DNA of 64,000 nt from Alphaproteobacteria bacterium. GTDB taxonomy: Bacteria; Pseudomonadota; Alphaproteobacteria; UBA828. Below, piece by piece: positions 1-8,431 of this stretch (positions are counted from its first letter, which is position 1; each line of letters opens with the position of its first letter). The notes beneath the pieces were generated by a model, which saw only the letters and a program-made list of their open reading frames with translations, was not told the origin of the DNA and ran no database searches. The stretch spans positions 2,624,001-2,688,000 of the forward strand of contig OZ243972.1 of the NCBI GenBank assembly GCA_965214705.1, written 5' to 3'. Both the position numbers and the translations under genes were made by a program.

Positions 1-1107
1 GACATCGCCGGCACGCAGGGCGAGCCGGGCGAGGAGCAACAGGATGGCGCGATCCCGCAGTCCCATGGGCGTCGCCCGGTCGCAGGATGCGATGATGCGT
101 TCGATGTCGTCCCGCGGCAGATGACGGGGCAATGTCGAGAACCTCTGAAGGGGGACCGTCGGCACCGCAGCGACAAGTCCCGGCCGGCAAAGGCCATCCA
201 GCACGAGGAAGCGCAGATACAGCCGAAGCGCCGACGTCTCGCGTCGGACAAGATCGCGCGATGCCGTCTCAAGGCGGCACTGCACCGTGTTCCTGATCAG
301 CGTCGCGCTGTATCGATCGGGATCGTCGCCAAGATGGGGAAGCAGCACCCGCATGGCCTTGTGGTAGCTCTCTATGGTCCTCTCCCCGATGCCGCGATAG
401 CGCCGCAGCCAGACCAGAAAACGCGCCACATATTGTCCGGGTTCCTCGCGCGCCGGCATCGGGCGCGGCGGGGCGATGCCCGTGCCGATCAGGTAATCGA
501 TGAACAACCCGATCTTCGATCGGCTGTTGTTGCAACCCGCGAATCTGCCGGTCCTGATGAAGAAGTCCGGATGCGCGCAGGTGCAGTCGTGCGCGAGGAA
601 GCGGGAGAGGACATCGTCATCGATCTCGGCGAGTGCGACATCGTGCAGGTAGAGCCAGACGATGAAGTGGCGACAGCGCTTCCGGTACGCGGCGATCGAC
701 TCGGGCACATATCCTTGTGCCACGAGCGTTTGAAGGAATGCCTCCACCACGCGGCCGCCGCTCTCGATCTCCGGAGGTATCCGCACTCGCCCCGTTTCCA
801 TGAGGAAGCCGAGAAACCGGTGCAGATGCCATCGGGCACGTCCGAGGTTCTTCCGGTATCCGCGCGGACCGGGACAGGCGCAGTCATGGTTCAGGAATCG
901 ATGCAAGACGCGAATGTCGAGCGTCTCGATCCCCATCCCGTTCGCCGACAACCATGCGATGAGGTGCAGGATCGTTCGGATGCACTTGCCCGTCAGGCTC
1001 GGGGAATATCCCAGGGCCTGCAACCGCGCCTTGTAGGTCGGGACGATGCCCGGATCCGGTCCATCACCCGCCTCGGGCGACGCCGTGTTGGTGATCATGG
1101 AAGACAT
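1..1107 (-). CDS. Tyrosine recombinase (RIT/Tn554-type first recombinase); runs off the left edge and is absent from the ORF track
   Basis: Manual translation from ATG 1107 (AGGAGA upstream) is open to position 1. It reads ...LRLYLRFL...TLPRHLPRDDIERIIASCD...GLRDRAILLLLARLALRAGDV, which is box I of tyrosine recombinases. Confidence 0.9.
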   Translation of the reverse strand, partial: MSSMITNTASPEAGDGPDPGIVPTYKARLQALGYSPSLTGKCIRTILHLIAWLSANGMGIETLDIRVLHRFLNHDCACPGPRGYRKNLGRARWHLHRFLGFLMETGRVRIPPEIESGGRVVEAFLQTLVAQGYVPESIAAYRKRCRHFIVWLYLHDVALAEIDDDVLSRFLAHDCTCAHPDFFIRTGRFAGCNNSRSKIGLFIDYLIGTGIAPPRPMPAREEPGQYVARFLVWLRRYRGIGERTIESYHKAMRVLLPHLGDDPDRYSATLIRNTVQCRLETASRDLVRRETSALRLYLRFLVLDGLCRPGLVAAVPTVPLQRFSTLPRHLPRDDIERIIASCDRATPMGLRDRAILLLLARLALRAGDV

Positions 1108-1155
1108 GCCGATTCTCCTGTCCAGGGGCAAAACCGGCAGGAGAAAAGCAGATTT

Positions 1156-1238
1156 TTATGGGAACCTGAGCCGTGCCCAATCCCTTGATAATCAACGCCC
1201 GCAGCGGCTCAGGTTCCCAGAATCATAAGGTTCCCATA
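1156..1238. repeat. Recombinase-element terminus with repeated binding sites
   Basis: Perfect 15-bp inverted repeat TGGGAACCTGAGCCG (1159-1173) / CGGCTCAGGTTCCCA (1205-1219), plus a third GGTTCCCATA copy at 1229-1238 that directly abuts the RT fragment. Confidence 0.75.
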
Positions 1239-1239
1239 T

Positions 1240-1920
1240 CCCATACTGGCGAACGTGTATCTGCACTACGTCCTCGACCTCTGGTTCTATCGCAAGTGGC
1301 GGCCCGAAAGGGCAGAAGGCGACGCCATCATCGTGCGCTACGCCGATGATGTGGTCGTCGGGTTCCAGCACAGGCAGGACGCGGAATGCTTCCTGCATGC
1401 GCTTGGGGAGCGGCTCGGCCAGTTCGATCTGGCCCTGCATCCGGCCAAGACCCGGCTCATCGAGTTCGGCAGGTTCGCGGAGGTGGACCGCCGGGCACGG
1501 GGGCTGGGCCGCCCGGAGACGTTCGACTTTCTGGGCTTCACACACTATTGCCGGAAGACCAGAAGCGGGCGGTTCGGGCTCGGACGCAAGCCCGCTGCAA
1601 AGCGGATGAGCCGCACACTGAAGCGCGTCGCGGAGGTTCTGCGGCGGCGCAGGCACCACGACCTCCACGAGGTCGCCCGGTGGCTGGGGCGGGTCGTCAA
1701 CGGGTGGCTGAACTACTATGCCGTCCCGACGAGTGCCCGCTTCCTGCGACGCTTCACCTACATCCTGAAACGGATATGGCTGAAGGCACTGCGCCGACGG
1801 TCGCAACGGGATCGCTTCAGCTGGCAACGGCTTCAAGCCCTGGTGGACTGATATTGGCCCAAGCCGTGGATCCGCCACCCGTGGCCGGGACAGCGGTTCA
1901 ACGTCAAATACCCGAGGTAG
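1240..1920 (+). pseudogene. 3' half of a group II intron reverse transcriptase/maturase (class E-like)
   Basis: PILANVYLHYVLD, RYADD, ETFDFLGFTH and domain X (WLNYYAVP...LRRRSQ). Premature TGA at 1849-1851; the frame continues YWPKPWIRHPWP...KYPR* to 1920. The 5' half is cut off by the recombinase element. Confidence 0.92.
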
Positions 1921-1937
1921 GAGCCGGATGGTTTAAC

Positions 1938-3908
1938 CCGAACTTCCCCAGCAGATATTGAGCTAAGTTGTTGCGGTGGCTTTCCAAACCACCGTTTCGC
2001 GGAGTCGCGTACTGGGTACGCTACAGGCTGACGCCAAGCAGATCGAGCGCCTGGCGCTGTACCGGCGTCGGCTTGGTGACCAGATCGAAGGGCGGTGCTC
2101 CGGCGAGTTTCGGTTGAACGCGGTTCCTGGCGATGGTCGCCAAATCATCGAGGAGCGTGCGGAAGCTGTGCACCGGCATCCCGTCTGGCGTGCGTTTGCC
2201 GGCGGCCTTGCGACGGGCGGAGGGCGAGGGCTTTGCCGGTGAGACGATGGAAGCGCGCGCGGCGTCCGCAGCGGCCGGGTCGTCCTCGTCGAACAGGATG
2301 GGGGCGAGCCTTTGGCGCATGTGCCATTCGACGTGGTAGGCGAGCATGCACAGCAGCACGTGGGCGCGCACGCGCTCGGGGCGGTAGTGGTGGATGGGCC
2401 GCACCTTGAGGTCGACGGTCTTGACGCTGCGGAAGGCGCGCTCGATGCGGCTCAATCCCTTGTAGGCGCGCACCGTGTCCTCGGCTCCGAGCTCGCCCTC
2501 GGGCACGCTGGTGCGGATGACGTAGAGGCCATCGAGCGCCGCCTCCTCGGCGATCCGCTCCCGGTTGCGCTGCCAGGTGAAGCCGTCATCGGCGATCTCC
2601 AGCTCGAAGTGCTTGGCGACCTTGTGCTTGCCGATGACCTTGCCCACGCGCAGGCCGATCTTGTCCTTGCCGGCGAGGCGGCGCTTGGCGCGCCGTGTTG
2701 CCGCTCGGATCTCGTCGAGGTCGCCCTCGGTGGCCTGGAGCAGGGCCTCGCGCTTGCGCGCCCTCTCGACGGCGAGCAGCGGGTTGCGGCAGGCGATCAG
2801 GCGTTCGCCGGGGAAGTCGGGATGATGGATCTCGGCCAGGTCGCGTTCGTCGAAGAGCGAGGGCTGCAGCGTTCCGCTGGAGGCCAGCTCCCGGATCGCC
2901 GGCGCCCGCAGCGCGCTGATCCACTCCAACCCGGCCGGCTTCACCTCCTCGCGGATGCGCGCCTCGGTGAGCATGCCGCGATCGCCCACCAGCACCACCC
3001 GCGAGAGGCCGAAGCGCCGGCGCAGCTTGTCGATCTGGGAGCCCAGGGTGGCCGGATCGGCGGTGTTGCCCTCGAACACCTCCACCGCCACCGGGCAGCC
3101 CTGCGCGTTGCACAGGAGCCCGAACACGATCTGCAGCTTGCCGCGCTTGCCGTCGCGGGAGTAGCCGTGATGCGCCAGCGGGCAGCAGCGCCCCTCCAGC
3201 CATGTCGAGGTGACGTCGTAGAGTACCAGAGCGCCGTCCTCGAGGTGACGCTCGGCCAGACGCCGTTCGATCCTGCCCTGGCGCTCAAGCAGCCAGTCCA
3301 TCGCCTGGTAGAGTTCGTCTTCGTCGACCTCGCCCAGGTCGAGGGCCTCGCCGAGGCCGCAGCTCAGGGTGTCGCCGCTGAGCCCGCGTGCGGTGGCGAG
3401 CTTCGAGCGCGGCGCCACGATGCGGGCGACGATCATCGCCGCCGCGAGGTCGCGCAGCCGCGAGCGCCTGGCCGCGATCAGCCGTTCCAGACCGAGGCCG
3501 CGCAGAGCCCCGAGCACCGCTGCGACATGGCCGAAGGGACGCGAGCGGGTGATGTCGAAGCCGTCGTCCTCGCGGCGCTTCTCGCCGCGGGGCACAGCGG
3601 TTCCGCCGCGCAAGAGGATGCGCAGGCCCTCGACCAGGTGCGGGGGCCACCTGGAGAGGTTGGCGAGGGTGCGCTTTCTGATTTTTCCGCCTTCGCGCCA
3701 TGATTCGCGCAGGAGGATTGCGGGGGGTGAGTTCCGGTTTGGGACGCTTTCGATATACATGGGGACGGATCATAGTGCCTGACCCGCAAAATATCAACGC
3801 CCCATCCTCATTTACATGGGTACACTTTGCATCCGCACCAACGGCCGATACGTCCGCAAAAACAAAGACTTATGCCCGAAAATCAGCGAAATTCTGGGGG
3901 AAGTTCGG
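1938..3908 (-). mobile_element. IS1634-family insertion sequence, complete
   Basis: Terminal inverted repeats CCGAACTTCCCC / GGGGAAGTTCGG; 6-bp target duplication TTTAAC at 1932-1937 and 3909-3914. Confidence 0.93.
2021..3760 (-). CDS. IS1634-family DDE transposase (579 aa)
   Basis: N-terminus LLRESWREGGKIRKRTLANLS; motifs LYDVTSTWLEG, GYSRDGKRGKLQI, VGDRGM, IERAFRSVK, RPIHH. Confidence 0.95.
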   Translation of the reverse strand: MYIESVPNRNSPPAILLRESWREGGKIRKRTLANLSRWPPHLVEGLRILLRGGTAVPRGEKRREDDGFDITRSRPFGHVAAVLGALRGLGLERLIAARRSRLRDLAAAMIVARIVAPRSKLATARGLSGDTLSCGLGEALDLGEVDEDELYQAMDWLLERQGRIERRLAERHLEDGALVLYDVTSTWLEGRCCPLAHHGYSRDGKRGKLQIVFGLLCNAQGCPVAVEVFEGNTADPATLGSQIDKLRRRFGLSRVVLVGDRGMLTEARIREEVKPAGLEWISALRAPAIRELASSGTLQPSLFDERDLAEIHHPDFPGERLIACRNPLLAVERARKREALLQATEGDLDEIRAATRRAKRRLAGKDKIGLRVGKVIGKHKVAKHFELEIADDGFTWQRNRERIAEEAALDGLYVIRTSVPEGELGAEDTVRAYKGLSRIERAFRSVKTVDLKVRPIHHYRPERVRAHVLLCMLAYHVEWHMRQRLAPILFDEDDPAAADAARASIVSPAKPSPSARRKAAGKRTPDGMPVHSFRTLLDDLATIARNRVQPKLAGAPPFDLVTKPTPVQRQALDLLGVSL

Positions 3909-3969
3909 TTTAACGACCACGTCCGGATCTGTGCGGGGGGCGCCGGAAAACCGGCGTCCCTACCGCGAC

Positions 3970-4201
3970 CGATATTCTACACCCTCAAGGAGGCCCAGGT
4001 TCTCATCGAATCGTGGCGGTGCCATTACAACGCGATCCGCCCACATGGCAGCCTGGGATACCGGCCGCCGGCCCCGGAGACGGTCGTCTTGACAAGCCGG
4101 CCGCCCGGTCCGCTACGCTACGCTCCGCCGGCCACCCAGCTTGGCCGAGAAACCGGCAATGCACTAACATTCGACTTGGACCGGTCGCTGGGGGCAGGTC
4201 A
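3970..4201 (+). pseudogene. IS3-family transposase 3' end and right terminus (host of the group II intron)
   Basis: IFYTLKEAQVLIESWRCHYNAIRPHGSLGYRPPAPE, then a terminus CTAACATTCGACTTGGACC...GGGGCAGGTCA. Confidence 0.85.
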
Positions 4202-4282
4202 ACGCGTCGACCAACAAACAATGCTCTAACCAGCGTCTACGGTGCTGTCCAGCCCCAGGGAGCCACTCCATAGGTGCGGTCA

Positions 4283-4663
4283 TCAGCCGCTTCGTTGTTC
4301 CAAGTAGGCGCGCCAGCCGCCGTACTCGGAAATGTCGCGATGCCGGCCTTCCGCCATCTCGCGCGGATAGAGGACTGCTTGCACGCGCCTGCCATTCGAA
4401 AGCGTGGCCTCCCCCCGGTATAGGTGAGGTGGCTCGCCAGCCTCAATGCGTGCCCACAACTCGTCGTCCACCAGGTACAACTCTCCCTTCACCGACACGC
4501 CGCCCGCGCCCACCTCGAACATTCCCGGATGGCGGTCGTCAATGGAATACACGCGATAGGTCGGCGCCGTCTGGGCCTCCCCCAAGAACTCCGCTCCCTC
4601 GAGATTTCCGTGGAGCTCGAGGCCCCGCATCAGCGTTCCGTTGACGAACAGCTCAAACGACAC
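4283..4663 (-). CDS. Gamma-glutamylcyclotransferase-fold protein resembling the allophanate hydrolase (AtzF) C-terminal domain
   Basis: LFVNGTLMRGLELH...YRVYSIDDRHPGM...GELY...EPPHL...DISEYGGWRAYL; GTG start with AGGAGGAG RBS. Confidence 0.8.
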   Translation of the reverse strand: MSFELFVNGTLMRGLELHGNLEGAEFLGEAQTAPTYRVYSIDDRHPGMFEVGAGGVSVKGELYLVDDELWARIEAGEPPHLYRGEATLSNGRRVQAVLYPREMAEGRHRDISEYGGWRAYLEQRSG

Positions 4664-4715
4664 CGCATTTCTCCTCCTGCCGCACAATGGCTGTCGGGAA
4701 ATCCCAGTGAAAGCA

Positions 4716-5345
4716 CACGCGAATCATAGCGGCCTCGGGGTTTCCATCCGTCGGTCCCTGATGCGAATCGACTTCCCCGCCCGACAAGTAGTCCATCGTG
4801 TCTCCGGTGACGGAGGCAACAACGCAATTGCCGACGGCGATAGCCTGTTTGGCTTCAATGTTGAAATCATCGTGCATCGCGACGCTGGCCTCGGCGCGCC
4901 TCGTGACCGGGTACGACAAGCTTCGCTAGCACGTTCACGACCCTCTCAAGATGGGATTCGGAGGGGCAGCAAGCGAAGTCGAGCTCTGCGCTCTTCATCG
5001 CCCCTTTTTACGCCGTTAGGGTCTATCAGATCTTTCATGATGCTGTGGACGATACAAATAATCCCTCACTGTTGGCGAAGAGCCGCCCAGGCCGACGGCC
5101 TCGGCGCGGGACTTTATTTCCCCGACGATGTCGAATAGACGCTGGGTTAGAGCGAGAATTCGCGTCGCACGAACTGATTGCCCAGCTTCTCCTCGGGAAT
5201 TTTATCGGTCTCGATGCCGACGCCTAGGGCCAAGGCATCGTGCGGTTAGCACATTGAGCAAAATGGGTTACGCTCGTTTCCTCGGTCACGATGGTTTGTC
5301 CCTCGCTCTTAGCGTCTGCGATGGAGGCGGGCCCCCTTAGACCGG
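4716..5345 (-). pseudogene. Frameshifted relic of a ring-opening amidohydrolase (cyanuric acid hydrolase AtzD/barbiturase family), C-terminal half
   Basis: Blocks across several frames: IADAKSEGQTIVTE, ALGVGI, VYSTSSG, IVHSIMKDLID, RVVNVLAKLV, VASVTGDT..LSGGEVDSHQGPTDGNPEAAMIR. Their order is collinear with AtzD/barbiturase. Confidence 0.75.
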
Positions 5346-5376
5346 TGCCCGCCCCCCTCGCGCGTGCTACGCCTTC

Positions 5377-6144
5377 CTACCAGTAGGCAGCCGGATCTTT
5401 GACCGCCCGTTCGGGCCGCAACTGAGACGGCGTGACGGCGTCTGCGTCCTCGAGTCCTTTGATCACATTGTCCGACGTCGTCCACCAGCCAAATATCCCC
5501 GCCTGAATCGGTAGCTGATCGACCATGCTTTGATGTATCTTTTCATCTGCTGAGGCGCAGGCATCCGTGATCATGCAACAGCCGAAGCCCATGTCATTTC
5601 CGTCCCGCATCGTGGTGGTAACGCAAACATCAGTCGTAATTCCGGTGATTAGCAGCATCTCTCGCCCTTGCGATCTGAGAATCAGCTCGAGATCGGTGTA
5701 GCGAAAGCTGCTCTTGGTGGATTTCTCAATGATGGGCTCACCTTCCAAGACAGCTAGTTCGTCGATTATTTGCCAGCCGAGGTCGCCCCGGATGCACATG
5801 CGGCCCAAATGAGCGGGTTCGCCAAAAACGGCAGCCCCTTCCACACCTGCATCGCGCGCCGCCTTGAAGCGTCCGATATCAGAGGGAGGCTCATCGGAGA
5901 GGTCTGCTCGCTTCCCATAGCGGGTCCAAATCACGAGGATTTCAGTTCCACGAACGGTTTCCAGCAGCCGACGGATGGGCTCAATCGGACTACGTAGCGG
6001 CTCGACGCTGTAGCCCATTTGTTCAAGATAGCCCCCTTGAATGAGGAACTCCTTCTGCATGTCTATCACCAGTAGAGCAGTGCGGTCCGGCTGGACAGGA
6101 AAGCTCACTGGTCCTGCGGGAATGTCTATCGTTTGCGCGGTCAT
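5377..6144 (-). CDS. Biuret hydrolase (BiuH)-like cysteine hydrolase, isochorismatase family
   Basis: ALLVIDMQ..F...GGY..MGY, EKSTKSSF..TDLELIL, TGITTDVCV.TTMR, IQAGIFG. The D/K/C triad is present. The start may instead be 6150 or 6153. Confidence 0.85.
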   Translation of the reverse strand: MTAQTIDIPAGPVSFPVQPDRTALLVIDMQKEFLIQGGYLEQMGYSVEPLRSPIEPIRRLLETVRGTEILVIWTRYGKRADLSDEPPSDIGRFKAARDAGVEGAAVFGEPAHLGRMCIRGDLGWQIIDELAVLEGEPIIEKSTKSSFRYTDLELILRSQGREMLLITGITTDVCVTTTMRDGNDMGFGCCMITDACASADEKIHQSMVDQLPIQAGIFGWWTTSDNVIKGLEDADAVTPSQLRPERAVKDPAAYW

Positions 6145-6255
6145 GATCATCAACCTCCTTCTGAGTTTTCTGCACTGATGTACTGCAACACCCTCTCAAG
6201 ATAGCTCCTTCTTGGGAGTCCTAGCTCTAAACCAATACCGTTACGCATGCCCCAT

Positions 6256-7335
6256 TCATGCCTCAGGACTCAACTTCTCGCGTCTGCTGATGCGGCCCCA
6301 AGTTAGCTTGGCTCCCGACAAACGCCTTGCCCAAACGTCAAGAGCTAGCGCCAAGATCAGCACAGACCCCTTCGAGATGTTTTGGAAGAACGGGTCAAGG
6401 CCGAGGAGCGTGAAACCATTCGACAGCGTCGCCAGAATTGCCAATCCGACGGCCGTACGCCAAATGGCGCCGATCCCTCCCGCAAGAGAGGTGCCGCCGA
6501 GCACGACGATCGCGATAACGTCGAACACGATGGTCGGTTCCATGCTGGCCTGTGCGGAACTGAGTTGCGAGCCTGCCAGCATCCCAGCGACGCCCATGCA
6601 CAGACCGGAAATGACATATGTGCTTCCCGTCAGAACCCGCACGCGCAGACCGCTTAATCGACTCGTCTCGGGATTGCCTCCGATCGCGTACAGGTATTTT
6701 CCATAAACTGTCTTCGCGAGGACGATCCCGCCCACAATAAGGAAGGCGAGGAGGAACATTCCTTTGTATGTGAAGCCATGCCAACTTCCGGAACCGAGCG
6801 CGTCGAAGCTCGGATCCTCGACGAGGATGTATGTGTGCGGCGTCGCGAAGAGATTGATGCCGAAGAATATAAAGCCGGTCCCGACTGTCGCGATAAAGGG
6901 ATTGATCCGGAAACCGGAAACGAGGAGAGCATTGACCAGTCCTACCCCGAGGCCCGCGCCGATCGCTGCAAGAAACGCAACGGCGGGCGAATAATCCAAA
7001 CTGCCGACCAGCGCAGCAATGATAGCGCAAAGAGAGAAACCGGACGCGATCGACAGATCGAATCCCCGCACGATGACGACATAGGTCATGCCGACGGCCA
7101 TGATGCCTGCGGGTGCCCACTGCCCAAGCATATTGAAGATGTTAGACTTGCTCAGGAAAGCTGGATCCCCAATCGCCACTAGGGCAACAAGGATCACGAG
7201 GGAAACTCCGATCCCGTAGGTGCGGAGCACCTCGCCGCCCTGGCGCAGAATAGCGGCACGCAACGCCCACAAGGGACCCGAACGACTGGCCTCTAACTCA
7301 ACCAGCTTCGTCTGGCTCATATCACCCTTTGCCAC
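6256..7335 (-). CDS. Sugar-type (RbsC-like) ABC transporter permease
   Basis: GMTYVVIVRGFDLS, YAIGGNPETSRLSG, VVLGGTSLAGGIG. Confidence 0.92.
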   Translation of the reverse strand: MAKGDMSQTKLVELEASRSGPLWALRAAILRQGGEVLRTYGIGVSLVILVALVAIGDPAFLSKSNIFNMLGQWAPAGIMAVGMTYVVIVRGFDLSIASGFSLCAIIAALVGSLDYSPAVAFLAAIGAGLGVGLVNALLVSGFRINPFIATVGTGFIFFGINLFATPHTYILVEDPSFDALGSGSWHGFTYKGMFLLAFLIVGGIVLAKTVYGKYLYAIGGNPETSRLSGLRVRVLTGSTYVISGLCMGVAGMLAGSQLSSAQASMEPTIVFDVIAIVVLGGTSLAGGIGAIWRTAVGLAILATLSNGFTLLGLDPFFQNISKGSVLILALALDVWARRLSGAKLTWGRISRREKLSPEA

Positions 7336-7402
7336 CCACCATACCCAACCACGTTACCGTCGAACTCCAACCAATTGCATGCACTAAGGCGACTTCCGCC
7401 TG

Positions 7403-8431
7403 TCACTGCCGCGCGAAATACTTCGCACGGCGTGCTTTCAGCTCTGCCTTTGCCGCCAGCCGCCGAGTGAACACATCCAAACCCAATGCGCCCACGATAA
7501 TGCATCCCTTCACGATGTACTTGTAGAACGGCTCCACCCCCATAAGGTTAAGACCGTTCTCCAGTGTTGCGAGGATGGCCAGCCCCAATGCGGTGCGCCA
7601 CATGGCGCCGAAGCCACCCGACAGGGATGTGCCCCCCACGACCACGGCGACGATTACGTCGAACACAAGAGCAGGATCTAGGTCGGCCGCCGAATAGCTG
7701 AGCTGGGAGGTCGCGACCACCGCTGCCGCGCCCATGCAAAGGCCGGAAAATACATAGGTACTTCCGGTTACGAGTCGCACCCGGATGCCGAAGAGTCGAC
7801 TGGCCTCGGGATTCCCGCCAACCGCGTAGATTGTTCGTCCGTAGGGTGTCTTGCCGAGAGCGATTCCGCCGAGCACAAGAAAACCTATAAGCAGCACCCC
7901 GGTAAACGGAAAACCACCCCATGAGCCAGTCCCAAAGTCGTCGTAGGCGGGATCCTCCACCAGGATAAAGGGATTGCCGATTGTCACATGGGGCAATCCG
8001 GCGAGCACAAACCCCGTTCCGAGCGTGGCAATAAAAGGATTGATGTTCAAGCCGGCGATCAGAAACGCGTTCAACAGACCGACCGACACGCCCACGCCGA
8101 TCGCCGCCAGGAAAGCCAGCTCGGGCGTCGCGCCCGCCTTTGCCAGCGCTGCCGCCACGACCGCGCAAAGCGCGAATCCGGATGCCACCGAAAGGTCGAA
8201 ACCCCGAGTTAGAATGACGTAGGTCATGCCCACGGCCATGATGCCGACAGGCGCCCATTGATCGAGCAAATTGAAAATATTTTGTTTGCCGAGGAACGCG
8301 GGACTCGCGGAAGCGACAATGGCCAAGAGAACTAGAAAAGCCACGACGACGCCATAGGTGCGAAGAATCGCGGTCCATTCGACTGTGAAGGGCCGACCAG
8401 GCACGTCCTTCTGCTTGGCGGTGTCGCTCAC
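7403..8431 (-). CDS. Sugar-type ABC transporter permease (paralog)
   Basis: GMTYVILTRGFDLS, YAVGGNPEASRLFG, VVVGGTSLSGGFG. Confidence 0.92.
   Translation of the reverse strand: MSDTAKQKDVPGRPFTVEWTAILRTYGVVVAFLVLLAIVASASPAFLGKQNIFNLLDQWAPVGIMAVGMTYVILTRGFDLSVASGFALCAVVAAALAKAGATPELAFLAAIGVGVSVGLLNAFLIAGLNINPFIATLGTGFVLAGLPHVTIGNPFILVEDPAYDDFGTGSWGGFPFTGVLLIGFLVLGGIALGKTPYGRTIYAVGGNPEASRLFGIRVRLVTGSTYVFSGLCMGAAAVVATSQLSYSAADLDPALVFDVIVAVVVGGTSLSGGFGAMWRTALGLAILATLENGLNLMGVEPFYKYIVKGCIIVGALGLDVFTRRLAAKAELKARRAKYFARQ

Larger units (their letters stand above)
1921..3969 (+). ncRNA. Group II intron domains V-VI, split by IS1634
   Basis: Removing the IS rebuilds GAGCCGGATGGTTTAACGACCACGTCCGGATCTG (DV), followed by the DVI hairpin GGGGCGCCGGAAAACCGGCGTCCCTACCGCGAC ending at 3969. 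Confidence 0.88.

Noticed and set aside
121-1188. 355-aa plus-strand ORF
   Set aside because: Antisense shadow of the minus-strand tyrosine recombinase.
1240-1920. RT as a retron, DGR or defence RT
   Set aside because: It has a maturase domain X followed directly by group II domains V-VI.
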